64,000 bases of DNA, taken from assembly GCF_902713615.1 (NCBI RefSeq), contig NC_052151.1, positions 201,899,703 to 201,963,702 of the forward strand, read 5' to 3'. Of this stretch, positions 1 to 12,430 are shown one piece after another. The stretch comes from Scyliorhinus canicula. Taxonomy: Eukaryota. Every line of letters begins with the position of its first letter. Within the stretch, counting starts at the first letter, position 1. The translations under genes were made by a program, and so were the position numbers. The notes under the pieces are model-generated. The model worked only from the letters and a program-made list of their open reading frames with translations, searched no databases and was not told the origin of the DNA.

Positions 1-759
1 GTTGTTCCAATAATTAGATTGAGCCACAGACTGACGAGAAGACCAGAGTAATTCAGTCACAGAGTGGAGCTGGAATTCACTATTCCCCTGCTTTTTTGGG
101 GTTGGAGATGGGTGTGTGGGGTGGGGAGTAGGTGTGGGGGGAGCAGGGGGGAGGAAAATAGAGCCCCGTCTGCAACCTGCCGTAGAATAGAACCATTGAA
201 CCCAAACAGTACCAAAGGAGGCCATTTGGCCCATCGAGTCTGCACCATTACTCTGAGAGGATCCTATCTAGGCCCACTCCTCCGCCCTATCCCTGAAGCC
301 CCACCTTGCGCATGTGCGGCCACGGACCCAGAAATGCTGCGGGCCGTATCGGCAACGAGACTCCAGTGCTCTACGCTGCCTCCCTGCTAACCCCCAGCAA
401 AACGGGGAATCGATGGCCGTTTGCCGCCAGTTTTCCTGGCGTAAAACCCACCGTTTTCACGACGGAGTGGGAACCTAGTCTCTCAAATGGAGAATCCAAC
501 ACCCTGTTCCATTTAAAGTTCCACTCAGGATCCTGGATGTAAATAATGCCGTATCTACTGCCCCCACGAGAGTAAGTGTCTCCACTGACAATATGTTTTT
601 CACCAGTTGTAATAAGCCGAACAGCGCAGATGGAGATTTTCCCGTGTGGTTCGAGGGGTAAGATCTCCCTCGTTTATTACTGGGCTGATACCCTGTTGTC
701 TATCAGGTCGGTCTGATTGGAACTGACCAACAGAGAGAGAGACAGACAGATGACCCAGT

Positions 760-1371
760 GAGGTCAAGCCGGGTGGGAGAATCGCCGGGGCACCGCACGA
801 ATCGCGCCACGCAGCCCCAACCCCACACGCGGGGTTCTCCCCCCCCACCCCCCCGAAACCAGCACCACGCTGGGCCACTCGGAGATTCGCCGCAAACGGC
901 AAGAGGCGATTCTCTGGACCAGATGGGCCGAGCGGCCGCTATGACACGACAGGTTCCCGCCAGCGCCGTCCACCCCTGGTCTCTGCCGACGGGAACTCTG
1001 CGGGAACGCTGGAGGGGCGGCCTGTGGGGTGGGGGGGGGGGGCGGGGGGGGGTCGGAGGGGTGCTCCTTCACCGGGGAGGGCCTCCGATGGGGTCTGGCC
1101 CACAATCGGGGCCCACCAATCGGTGGGCCGGCCTCTCCGCCCCCCCCGGGCCTACCTCCTTACGCTGGCGGCCCCAGAACACCGGCGCCATGTTGATGAG
1201 GGGCCAGCGCGCCGGCTGCCCCAACTGCGCATGCGCGGGTTAGCGCGGGGCCCATTTGGCACTGCGTAAGGAGCCAGAATAGGTCGTGCCCGGGCCCTGT
1301 TCGCGCTGCTGTGAAAGGCGACGGTGTTCACGATGGCGCGGGGATTTGGTCCGCCTCGCGGAGAATCGCCC
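760..1371. mobile_element. GC-rich Harbinger-type MITE remnant (copy at about 32490-33023)
   Basis: Ends in GGAGAATCGCCC, like the TIRs of the MITEs at 11701 and 59277. Confidence 0.55.
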
Positions 1372-2231
1372 GCTGTATATTTTTAGTTTCCCGTGTCTAA
1401 GGGCAACATTTACCTTTCTCCCCCAGGGGAACAATTATACAACCTCCCGCACTCAAAAATCAATCACAGAGATTAACATAGGATGTGTCACGATAAACAA
1501 CCAGTTTCAGCTGTCTAATGTCACCTAAAGGTGGAAATTTCAAAACACAATTCTCCAATTTGGATTTTGTCAATGTTCGCTCGAACGATTTCTTCAACAT
1601 TGGGATTGTTGATTTTAGAGCTTAGTTCTAAAGCATCGCTGTGCCACCCTGTTCTGCCTAACGCCATTGAGGTGCGCCGGTGTCAGGAGGGGGGAATTTG
1701 GAGGGATTGGAGATGGCCGTTGTCTCCTTGGTGACAGGCCCAGGGTTGGCCTCCAGCATTTCCTCTTCCCTGACGTTTCCCGTAGGCCCTGGAGGAATCC
1801 ATGGGATGGAGGAGCAGCTGGAGTGAGCTCCAGAGATGTCTGAGTGATCTGGCTGTGCCAGTCCTGGAGGCTCCCATTGTCTGCCCCATGATGCCGATGC
1901 CCTGAACTATGCTGCCCAGTGACTGGGCCACACTTTGGAGTGCCTTGGCAATGTCCATCTGGGACATGTCCCTCAACGGCTGGGTCAAGACGTTGAGGCC
2001 CTCAGCCATGGTCATCACAAACTGGGCCATGCCTTGGACGGCACCACTCAAGATGCTGACATCGTGCGCTAGGTTTTCCACTGCGGGCGCCACCCTGGCA
2101 GTGTTGGCCTTTGTGCCACACATTGTTGGCACCATCTCCTGCACCTGGAGACTTAGGGAATCCTCCAATAGGACTTGCAGCTGCTGGGGTTTTGCTGACA
2201 CCCCCTCCCGAATGTCACAGCTCTGGCCAAT

Positions 2232-2764
2232 GGTGCTGGTTTAGCACAGTGGGCTAAATAGCTGCCTTGCTATGCAGAACAATGCCAGCAGCACGGGTTC
2301 AATTCCCGTAACGGCCTCCCCAAACAGGCGCCGGAATGTGGCAACTAGGGGCTTTTCACAGAAACTTTATTGAAGCCAACTTGTGACAATAAGGGGCAGC
2401 AGGGTAGCATGGTGGTTAGCATAAATGCTTCACAGCTCCAGGGTCCCAGGTTCGATTCCCGGCTGGGTCACTGTCTGTGTGGAGTCTGCACATCCTCCCC
2501 CTGTGTGCGTGGGTTTCCTCCGGGTGCTCCGGTTTCCTCCCACAGTCCAAAGATGTGCGGGTTAGGTGGATTGGCCATGCTAAATTGCCCGTAGTGTCCT
2601 AATTAAAGTAAGGTTAAGGAGGGGGTTGTTGGGTTACGGGTATAGGGTGGATACGTGGGTTTGAGTAGGGTGATCATGGCTCGGCACAACATTGAGGGCC
2701 GAAGGGCCTGTTCTGTGCTGTACTGTTCTATGTTCTATGTTCTAATAAGCGATTATTATTATTA
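2232..2764 (+). mobile_element. tRNA-derived SINE with (ATT)n tail, hosting a second SINE (copy at about 33885-34415)
   Basis: A-box/B-box-like head (tggtttagcacagtgg...ggttcaattccc) and ATT tail, resuming after the insertion. Confidence 0.75.
2394..2743 (+). mobile_element. HE1-like tRNA-derived SINE with CR1-type (GTTCTAT)n tail
   Basis: Head gggcagcagggtagcatggtggttag...ggttcgattccc, 3' end like the CR1 3' UTR, TSD AATAAG (2388-2393 and 2744-2749). Confidence 0.85.
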
Positions 2765-2811
2765 TCAGCTGCATCAGCTCAAGGAGAACTTTGTCCAGTG
2801 GCTCAGCATCT

Positions 2812-4281
2812 GGCTGGGATCCAGGATTATAATGGGACCCAGCATTGTCCTGGGATCCAGCATTGTGTTGGGATCCAGCATTGTGTTGGGATCCAGCATT
2901 GTCCTGGGATGGGGCATTGTCCTGGGACCAGCATTGTCTTGGGACCCAGCATTGTCCTGGGATCCAGCATTGTCCTGGGATCCAGCATTGTCCTGGGATT
3001 CAGCATTGTCCTGGGACCCAGCATTGTCCTGGGATCCAGCATTGACCTGGGACGGAGCATTGTCCTGGGATCCAGCATTGTCTTGGGGCCCAGAACTGTC
3101 CTGGGACCCAGCATTGTCCTGGGATCCAGCATTGTCCTGGGATCCAGCATTGTCCTGGGATCCAGCATTGTCCTGGCACGGAGCATTGTCCTGGGACGGA
3201 GCATTGTCCTGGGACCCAGCATTGTCCTGGGACCCAGCATTGTCCTGGGATCCAGCATTGTCCTGGGATCCAGCATTGTCCTGGGATCCAGCATTGTCCT
3301 GGGACGGAGCATTGTCCTGGGATCCAGCATTGTCCTGGGATCCAGCATTGTCCTGGGACGGAGCATTGTCCTGGGATCCAGCATTGTCCTGGGACCCAGC
3401 ATTGTCCTGGGATCCAGCATTGTCCTGGGACCCAGTATTGTCCTGGGATCCAGCATTGTCCTGGGATCCAGCATTGTCCTGGGACCCAGCATTGTCCTGG
3501 GACCCAGCATTGTCCTGGGATCCAGCATTGTCCTGGGACCCAGCATTGTCCTGGGATCCAGCATTGTCCTGGGACGGAGCATTGTCCTGGGACCCAGCAT
3601 TGTCCTGGGGCGGAGCATTGTCCTGGGATCCAGCATTGTCCTGGGACGGAGCATTGTCCTGGGATCCAGCATTGTCCTGGGATCCAGCATTGTCCTGGGA
3701 CCCAGCATTGTCCTGGGATCCAACATTGTCCTGGGACCCAGCATTGTCCTGGGATCCAGCATTGTCCTGGGATCCAGCATTGTCCTGGGATCCAGCATTG
3801 TCCTGGGACCCAGCATTGTCCTGGGATCCAACATTGTCCTGGGATCCAGCATTGTCCTGGGATCCAGCATTGTCCTGGGACCCAGCATTGTCCTGGGATC
3901 CAGCATTGTCCTGGGACACAGCATTGTCCTGGGACCCAGCATTGTCCTGGGATCCAGCATTGTCCTGGGATCCAGCCTTGTCCTGGGATCCAGCATTGTC
4001 CTGGGACCCAGCATTGTCCTGGGATCCAACATTGTCCTGGGATCCAGCATTGTCCTGGGATCCAGCATTGTCCTGAGATCCAGCATTGTCCTGGGACCCA
4101 GCATTTTCCTGGGACGGAGCATTGTCCTGGGATCCAGCATTGTCCTGGGATCCAGCATTGTCCTGGGATCCAGCATTGTCCTGGGATCCAGTATTGTCCT
4201 GGGACGGAGCATTGTCATGGGAACCAGCATTGTCCTGGGACCCAGCATTATCCTGGGACCCAGCATTGTCCTGGGATCCAG
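2812..4281. repeat. 18-bp minisatellite (CCAGCATTGTCCTGGGAT)n, about 80 units
   Basis: Direct 18-bp periodicity. Confidence 0.97.
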
Positions 4282-5246
4282 TGTTGCACGTTTTGCTATG
4301 GGTGTAAAATGCGTTTATTGGAGTGTATTAACACGCCTCCGTTTAAAGGCCGTGTGCTTAACACTACTAGGCCTTGTGTATGTATTTTCAGCTCAGGAGT
4401 CGCCAGATGCCGTATAGACACCTCACAAATATTCCAAGGTCAGGTTCAAAGTAATAAAACGATACACCGATTAGTAAGTTCCAAACGATCAATATTTATT
4501 ATACAATTATAATAAATACGCATGCACACGCTAAGGGACTAAGCTATGACTAAACTAAGCAATCAGAATACTTAACTAAACAGGAACAGGCAAGGTCAGG
4601 GAGCGAGGCCTTCGTTCCGGTCTTGGTCTGCAACCTTCAGAAAGCGTGCTGGTCACTGGGGGTCTAGTGGGCCTGGTTCGCGTAGCGAGCGTCGTATTGG
4701 CACTTACGGTTCGGCGGCTGGTGCTCAACGGCTGGAGTCAGGATACAATTCGAAGTTCTTGGTCAAAGCCGGAGCACGAAACAACAGACAGGACCATGGG
4801 TGGGGGTCTATCTTTTCTAGGGGTCCCCAATGTCCTTGCCTTTTCCTGGGCGGGCTTTACCTTCAGGTATCGATTGGATCGCTCCCAATCGATATCTTTT
4901 GAATTCCTCCAATGTGAGGGTCTCTCTTGATGGTGGGGGCGGTTTCTATAGTGGATACTTCTGGTGCCGCTCTGTCTGGACATCCACTTAAAGTATCTTA
5001 TTCAAACCCAAATGTTGCCATTGTGTGTGCCTAGATCTGGACTGCCTCATTAGTATGTAAAGCGTTCTGCCATTATCACCTTTGGTTTGAGATCTTCCAC
5101 CTGGCCAGAAACTAGTTTTGCTGATTGCAAAATGCTAATGAGTGTTTGCAGGCTGCTGCCTTGGCTAAACTGTTTTTCCCTGCAGTCTTAGCGATTCTCC
5201 ATTTTGTTTAGTTCAGTGTCCATTTTAGGTGGCTACAGTGGCTACA
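4282..5246 (-). mobile_element. 965-bp solo LTR (ERV- or Gypsy-like) inserted in the 18-bp array
   Basis: TG...CA ends (TGTTGC/GCTACA imperfect inverted repeat), 4-bp TSD CCAG, AATAAA on the minus strand at 4319-4314. Confidence 0.85.
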
Positions 5247-6188
5247 CCAGCATTGTCCTGGGATCCAGAATTGTCCTGGGATCCAGCATTGTCCAGGGAT
5301 CCAGCATTGTCCTGGGACCCAGCATTGTCCTGGGATGGAGCATTGTCCTGGGATCCAGCATTGTCCTGGGATCCAGCATTGTCCTGGGATCCAGCATTGT
5401 CCTGGGATCCAGCATTGTCCTGGGATCCAGCATTGTCCTGGGATGGAGCATTGTCCTGGGATCCAGCATTGTCCTGGGATCCAGCATTGTCCTGGGATCC
5501 AGCATTGTCCTGGGATCCAGCATTGTCCTGGGATGGAGCATTGTCCTGGGATCCAGCATTGTCCTTGGACCCAGTATTGTCCTGGGATCCAGCATTGTCC
5601 TGGGATCCAGCATTGTCCTGGGATCCAGCATTGTCCTGGGACCCAGTATTGTCCTGGGACCCAGCATTGTCCTGGGATCCAGCATTGTCCTGGGACCCAG
5701 TATTGTCCTGGGATCCAGCATTGTCCTGGGACCCAGCATTGTCCTGGGACCCAGCATTGTCCTGGGACCCAGCATTGTCCTGGGACCCAGCATTGTCCTG
5801 GGATGGAGCATTGTCCTGGGATCCAGCATTGTCCTGGGATCCAGCATTGTCCTGGGATCCAGCATTGTCCTGGGATGGAGCATTGTCCTGGGATCCAGCA
5901 TTGTCCTTGGACCCAGTATTGTCCTGGGATCCAGCATTGTCCTGGGATCCAGCATTGTCCTGGGATCCAGCATTGTCCTGGGATCCAGCATTGTCCTGGG
6001 ACCCAGTATTGTCCTGGGACCCAGCATTGTCCTGGGATCCAGCATTGTCCTGGGATCCAGCATTGTCCTGGGATCCAGCATTGTCCTGGGATCCAGCATT
6101 GTCCTGGGATCGAGCATTGTCCTGGGACCCAGCATTGTCCTGGGATCCAGCATTGTCCTGGGACCCAGCATTGTCCTGGGATCCAGCA
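5247..6188. repeat. 18-bp minisatellite, about 52 units
   Basis: Same unit, resumes after the LTR insertion. Confidence 0.97.
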
Positions 6189-7822
6189 GATATCAGACTG
6201 CTGCCTGCATTGGATGTTCCTGCCTCCACATCCTTTTCTGAGAACAGGCAACTGTTGTGCTACGCCCCAGATAGTAACCCACACACCGAGGTGTGTGTCA
6301 CCCTTCTGGTGGAACGTGGGGGTGATTGCTGTGATGCATCACCGCTGGTTTCCTCGGAGCTCCCCTCCGAGGTGGTCCCTTGGGTGGCAGCAATGGGAAC
6401 GGCTCCCGGTAGCCCAGCATCATCAGATGACGATCCTGTGAGACAATGTGGTCAGTGAGAGAGAGTAAGATCATTTTTCTCTGACATTTACAATCACTTG
6501 AGGCAGGTCACCTGTACGAAGGGGCAGTGGGTCCTCACCTCGCTGACACTGGCCAACCTCGCTGTCAGTGACTGCTCTCTCCTCGGGCTGTCCCGCGATC
6601 TCCATGTCCCATTCCTCATGGGGGAGGTGAGGACTGTGATCTCGGACATCCCACCCCCCATCTTCACCCTTTCACTCTTATTATGGGCGATCTTCTCCTG
6701 CTGGTACAAACAGAGGGCATTGTGAGCTGCACGCTTGATGTTGCCACCTGGACATGAAGGGGTTTTGCTGGTGGGTGACAGGGGTTTCTGAGCAACAAGC
6801 CTTAAGATTGGATGTGGGGGGGGAGGGGGGGGGGGGCGAGGTGTCAGCCAATTGATTGGAGGGTGGGAGAAGGGGTTTTGGGAATTTGAGCGGTGGCAGA
6901 CCGATGCCAGGAGAGAGGTGGTAACTTACCCTTGCAGCTCGTTGGAGGGCGTTGGTCTTCTTCTGACATTGGATGGTGGTCCTCCCTTGTTAGCGCCGAG
7001 ACGCTGAGGCTCAAGTCAGGTGAATCAGACGGCGCGGAGCCAGTAAGATCGTGAACCTCGTCACGGCTCATTTTAGGCACCCACGACTAGCTCAGATACA
7101 CGTACCTCGGTGGGAAATGTCAATGGTCAGGTTTCTGGGGCACAATCTGGGGAGCACCACACAGCTGCTGATGTACATCAGGTGGAGGCAGGAACCCCCC
7201 AGGCGAGATAGCGGTCGGAGGGCCGCTGGATCTCAGGGCCCAGCTGGGTCCCAGACTGATGCTGAGCCTCTGGAATAGGGTTACATAAAACATAAAATCA
7301 TAAAACACAATAACCACCCTTGACCACAACCCGCTGTCACTTTCTTCCGCAATGCGACACAACGTCCAATCCCTTGGCCCATCTCTCCAGGCAACCCCGT
7401 GGACTCCGTGGCCCTCACCCACCCTCCGGCCGTGGACATGTCCCCGGAGCCATGTCCCAGAGCCTCTGTGTTCGGATGTTGCGAGCGTGGTGTGACCTCC
7501 CGCAGTGTTCAAACACAGTGTCCAGGCATCAAGGTGTAATTGGGATGCTCGGCAATGACTCCCACGAGCTACACGGCCTGCACACCCTTGCTAATCCACT
7601 AGGGTTGTGTGAAGTGCCCACTTCACCACGATTGGCAATTGCCTATTCGCAGTAGCCTTCAGCAGCGCCAGAGGCCTCGGCAGTCGCTGGGGGTTATGGG
7701 TGGTTGGTGGGGCAGACGGGCAGGACAGGAGTTGGCCCCCGAATAGGGTACACATGATCCAGGGGTTAGCATGGTGGTGACACACGGTTGCCTCCCCGGT
7801 TGCCACCCCAGCACGCCCCCCC

Positions 7823-8165
7823 TGTTGTGTTATGTAATTTGGAATAACACAAGCTGCCACTTGATGCAGTTTTGAGTAAAAGATGCTCCAGATTTTGAAG
7901 TGAGTTCAATGTGTTTTATTGAACTATCAGCACAGTTCTCAATGAGTTCGACTCTCTGCTAATCTCAATGTAGTAACTCAGTCTAACTGAACCAGCCTTG
8001 CTCTAAGCCACGAGCTGGGCTGTGATGCTGAGGATACGCCCTGTCTCACTCTGTAGATGTTGGTCTGTGGAAAGAGGCGGGGTGTGAGTCCCTCATCCCT
8101 TTTATATTAAGATACCACCCCTGAGTGAACTCACAGCTCATTGGTAGAGTCTTATTCTGGATAGG
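7823..8165 (-). mobile_element. Truncated LTR (only its first 30 bp are present in copy 2 at 40729-40758); related fragment at about 27880-28080 on +
   Basis: Starts TGTTGTG, has TTTATT, shares gagttcgactctctgctaa and aaccag motifs with 27880-28080 in reverse. Confidence 0.55.
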
Positions 8166-8169
8166 AGCG

Positions 8170-10530
8170 AAAGTAGGGACTTTAACTTTCCAAATATTGA
8201 CTGGAAACGCTATAGTTTGAGTCTTTAGATGGGTCAGTTTTTGTCCAATGTGTGCAGGAGGGTTTCCTGACACAGTATGTAGATAGGCCAACGAGAGGCG
8301 AGGCCACATTGGATTTGGTACTGGGTAATGAACCAGGACAGGTGTTAGATTTGGAGGTAGGTGAGCACTTTGGTGATAGTGACCACAATTCGGTTACGTT
8401 TACTTTAGCGATGGAAAGGGTATATACCGCAGGGCAGAATTATAGCTGGGGGAAAGGCAATTATGATGTGATTAGGCAATACTTAGGATGCATAGGATGG
8501 GGAAGGAAACTGCAGGGGATGGGCACAATTGAAATGTGCAGCTACTGTGTGTCCTTGATAAGTATGTACCTGTCAGGCAGGGAGGAAGTGGTTGAGCGAG
8601 GGAACTGTGGTTTACTAAAGTAGTTGAATCACTTGTCAAGAGGAAGAAGGAGGCTTATGTAAAGATGAGAAGGTTCAGTTAGGGCGCTTGAGAGTTACAA
8701 GTTAGCCAGGAAATAACCTAAAGAGAGCTAAGAAGAGCCAGGAGGGGACATGAGAAGTCTTTGGCAGGTAGGCTCATGGATAACCCTCAAGCTTTCTATA
8801 GATATGTCAGGAATAAAAGAATGACTAGGGTAAGAGTATGGCAAGTCAAGGACAGTAGCGGGAAGTTGTGCGTGGAGTTCGAGGAGATAGGAGAGACGTT
8901 AAATGAATATTTTTTGTCACTATTCACACAGGAAAAAGACAATGTTTTCGAGGAGAGGTTCATAAGGAGGAGGTGTTAGCAATTCTGGAAAGTATGAAAA
9001 TAGATAAGTCCCCTGGGCCGGATGGGATTTATCCTAGGATTCTCTGGGAAGCTAGGGAGGAGATTGCAGAGCCTTTGGCTTTGACCTTTATGTCGTCATT
9101 GTCTACAGGAACAGTGCCAGAAGACTGAGGGTAGCAAATATCGTCCCCTTGTTCAAGAAGGGGAGTAGAGACAACCCCGGTAACTATAGACTTACTTCTG
9201 TTGTGGGCAAAGTCTTAGAAAGGATTATAAGAGATAGGATTTATAATCATCTAGAAAGGATTAATTTGATTAGGGATAGCCAACACGGTTTTGTGAAGGG
9301 TAGGTTGTGCCTCACAAACCTTATTGAGTGCTTGGAGAAGGTGACCAAACAGGTAGACGAGGGTAAAGCAGTTGATGTGGTGTATATGGATTTCAGTAAA
9401 GCATTTGATAAGGTTCCCCACGGGAGGCTATTGCAGAAAGTACGGAGGCATGGGATTCAGGGTGATTTAGCGGTTTGGATCAGAAATTGGCTAGCTGTAA
9501 GAAGACAGAGGGTGGAGGTTGATGGGAAATGTTCAGCCTGGAGTTCAGTTACTAGTGGTGTACCACAAGGATCTGTTTTGGGGCCACTGCTGTTTGTTAT
9601 TTTTATAAATGACCTGGAGGAGGGCGTAGAAGGATGGGTGAGTAAATTTGCGGATGACACTAAAGTTGGTGGAGTTGTGGACAGTGGAGAAGGATGTTAC
9701 AAGTTACAGAGCGATATAGATAAGCTGCAGAGCTGGGCTGACAGGTGGCAAATGGAGTTTAATGCTGAAAGTGTGAGGTGATTCATTTTGGAAGGAGTAA
9801 CAGGAAGACAGTACTGGGCAAATGGTAAGATTCTTGGTAGTGTGGATGAGCAGAGAGATCTCGGTGTCCATGGACATAGATCCCTGAAAGTTGCCACCCA
9901 GGTTGAGAGGGTTGTTAAGAAGGCGTACGGTGTGTTAGCTGTTATTGATGGAAGGATTGAGTTTCAGAGCTATGAGGTCATGTTGCAGCTGTACAAAACT
10001 CTGGTGCGGCCGCATTTGGAGTATTGCGTGCAATTCTGGTCGCCACATCATAGGAAGAATGTGGAAGCTTTGGAAAGGGTACAGAGGAGATTTAGCAGAA
10101 TGTTGCCTGGTATGGAGGGAAGATCATATGAAGAAAGGCTGAGGGACTTGAGGCTGTTTTCGTTAGAGAGAAGACGGTTGAGATGACTTAATTGAGGCAT
10201 ACAAGATGATCAGAGGATTAGATAGGGTGGACAGTGAGAGCCTTTTTCCTTGGATGGTGATGTCTGGCACGAGGGGACATAGCTTTAAATTGAGGGGAGA
10301 TAGATACAGGACAGATGTCAGAGGTAGGTTCTTTACTCAGAGAGTAGTAAGGGCGTGGAATGCACTGCCTGCAACAGTAGTGGACTAGCCAACACTAAGG
10401 GCATTTAAATGGTCATTGGATAGAATTATGGATGACAAGGGAATAGTGTAGATGGGCTTTAGATTGGGTTCACAGGTCGGCGCAACATCGAGGGCTGAAG
10501 GGCCTGTACTGCGCTGTAATGTTCTATTGT
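8170..10530 (+). mobile_element. Degraded CR1 LINE ORF2 (endonuclease end plus RT) with 3' UTR
   Basis: QHGFVKGR, YMDFSKAFD, GVPQGSVLGP and FADD motifs, several frameshifts, gttctat tail. Confidence 0.93.
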
Positions 10531-11039
10531 TCTATATTTTATGTGTTCATTAGCAGCATGTTTGCATTCATGACACCTCCAACCCACCTTTGGCAGCCTC
10601 CCCCTGTGGACGGTCACCCCAGCCCAGCACGGGGGAAGCAAGCACAGCGCCCCCGGGCACTTCGGCTGTGAGCTAAGATGGCCACTCACCTCCTCGGTTC
10701 CCCACCGAATCCCTTCTGCCAGGTTCACGTTTATAAAAAAGGGAAACTAGTCGGCACCAGCGTGAGCACTTGGCGGGGGGGGCCGCTGAGTGACTGGAGG
10801 CTGTGGGATATGGGGTGGCTCCCGTTAATTGTATGGAAATTGGGGTTAAGTGGTGACGATTAGTTTCTCGCTATGATACGGCGAGATCCCGATTTTGGCT
10901 ACAGTGCCGGGCCAGTTGCATCGCAAACTCTTCGGCACATGGTGCGGATCTCAGTTTCTGCTTCTTCTGCCGTTCACCGGCCTCGTTTCAATCAAGCGAG
11001 AGCACAACGGGGATGGAGAATCGAGCCCTCAGAATCCTT

Positions 11040-12430
11040 TCTGCCATTTCTGCTTTGAGGAATGTTCTTCTGTCCACGTGTAATACATTCAAATTCTCAG
11101 AAAAGGTTGAACTAATCGTAGTCACTTCCCAAACTGGAGGGTGATCATTCACGATTGAAGGAATTTGGGGAACCCGACCAAAGACCAACTGATGAGGACT
11201 GTAGCCCCCAACAGCCTGAGAGGATTCTTTGCATGGACAGCCCATGCTAAAGCTGAGGTTAATTTACATTCTGGCCTATCTGCAAAATGTTACAAAGCAT
11301 TTCAACCATCACAACGTGATTTCTCTCACACTCCTCATTACTAAATGGGATTTCCGCAGCTTTATTCATAACTATTATGTTCTGTTCTCTCACATATCCC
11401 AAAATTCATCGTTAGCAAATTCCCCCCTCCCCCCTCCAATTATCAGTGAGGAATTCTGCCGGTGCCCCCATTCTGGTCACTATCCATTTCATAATTATTT
11501 CTGATTCTTTACTGTGTATAATCATCGACTGATCAAACCAAGTTGCCAAGTCTACAAAGTGTAAAATGAAAATGTTCTTTTCTTTATCCCACACCCCAAG
11601 ATCCAGAGTCACCACTTCATTAAACTCTCTTGCTAAGGACTAGGGGTTGCGATGGGGTTCCTCTATATTTCTTACACAGATCGCATCTGTTGATTATCAG
11701 GGGCGGGATTCCCCCCTACCCGGTGTGACGGAGGGTCCCGGCGTAGGGGAGTGGAGCCAACCATTCCGGGGTCAGGCCTCCCGAAAGGTGGGGAATTCTC
11801 CGTACCTTTGGGGGCCAGCCCCGCGCCGGAGCGGTTGGCACCAGAAGACGGACGCAAAAAAACGGCGGCAGCAGCACCGGGGCTGGCCGAAAGGCTTTCG
11901 CCGGTCGGTGCATGCGCCGGCGGTGATGTCAGCGGCCAGCTGCCGCTGACGTCACTACCGGTGCATGCGTGATGTGGGATTCTCTTCCGCTTCCGCCATG
12001 GCGGAGGACGTGGCGGCAACGGCGGAGAAAGAGTGCACCCGGAGTCTGAGCGGGGAGCCACGATCGCGGGCCAGGCCACCGTGGGGGCACCGCCTGGCCC
12101 CCACCAGGACCCCGGGGCTCGCTCGCGTCGCCGATCCCGCCGCCACCAGAAGTGGTTCAAACCTCGGCAGCGGGAGAGGCCTCCCAGCGGCGGGACTTTG
12201 GCCCATCCGGGCCGGAGAATCGCCGCACGTGCATCACCGATCGGAGTGGTGAGATTCCTGCCCCCGCCACTTCCCGGGTGGCAGCGAATCTCTGCCACGG
12301 CGGGGGCGGTATTTTCGGCGGCCCCAGGCGATTCGCCCCAGATCTATACGTTTGGTATATTCTTCATCATTTATATCCACAGGCCGGAGCAAAATGTTTA
12401 ATCTTTGGAAGATGGATGGGCAACTTGTAT
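11040..12430 (-). mobile_element. Degenerate LTR-retrotransposon integrase (HHCC plus rve), split by a MITE
   Basis: HPSSQRL...RCDLCKKY...VTLDL...FLTDN..GEFAN...PFSNEECERNH...GYSPHQLVFG, with frameshifts. Superfamily unresolved. Confidence 0.75.
11701..12338. mobile_element. Harbinger-type GC-rich MITE
   Basis: Imperfect TIRs GGGCGGGATT/ATTCGCCC, 3-bp TSD CAG; removal restores the integrase frame. Confidence 0.8.

Larger units (their letters stand above)
1683..7080 (-). mobile_element. Degenerate PIF/Harbinger Myb/SANT-type ORF remnant, split by SINEs, an 18-bp array and an LTR
   Basis: EKIAHNKSERVKMGGG..I.VL motif (6494..6709) resembles the Harbinger Myb/SANT partner protein. The C-terminal heptad-like ORF 1683..2201 resembles the + strand copy at 38869. 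Confidence 0.65.
1..7852. repeat. Segmental duplication copy 1 (homologous to 31730-40758; extends beyond the left edge)
   Basis: Colinear match from base 1 (=31730) through the same MITE, SINEs, Harbinger ORF, arrays and LTR, ending at ggaataacacaa. Confidence 0.95.

Noticed and set aside
2394-2470. tRNA genes at SINE heads (also 19191, 34046, 47385)
   Set aside because: A-box/B-box-like motifs continue into SINE bodies with LINE-type tails and TSDs; no complete cloverleaf is evident.
2655-6458. Long ORFs in several frames (WDPALS, GSQDNA, IVLGSS, PRTMLD repeats) as repeat-protein genes
   Set aside because: They arise from an 18-bp unit with no stop in most frames; no independent start, splice or promoter evidence. 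The same applies to 34307-38039.
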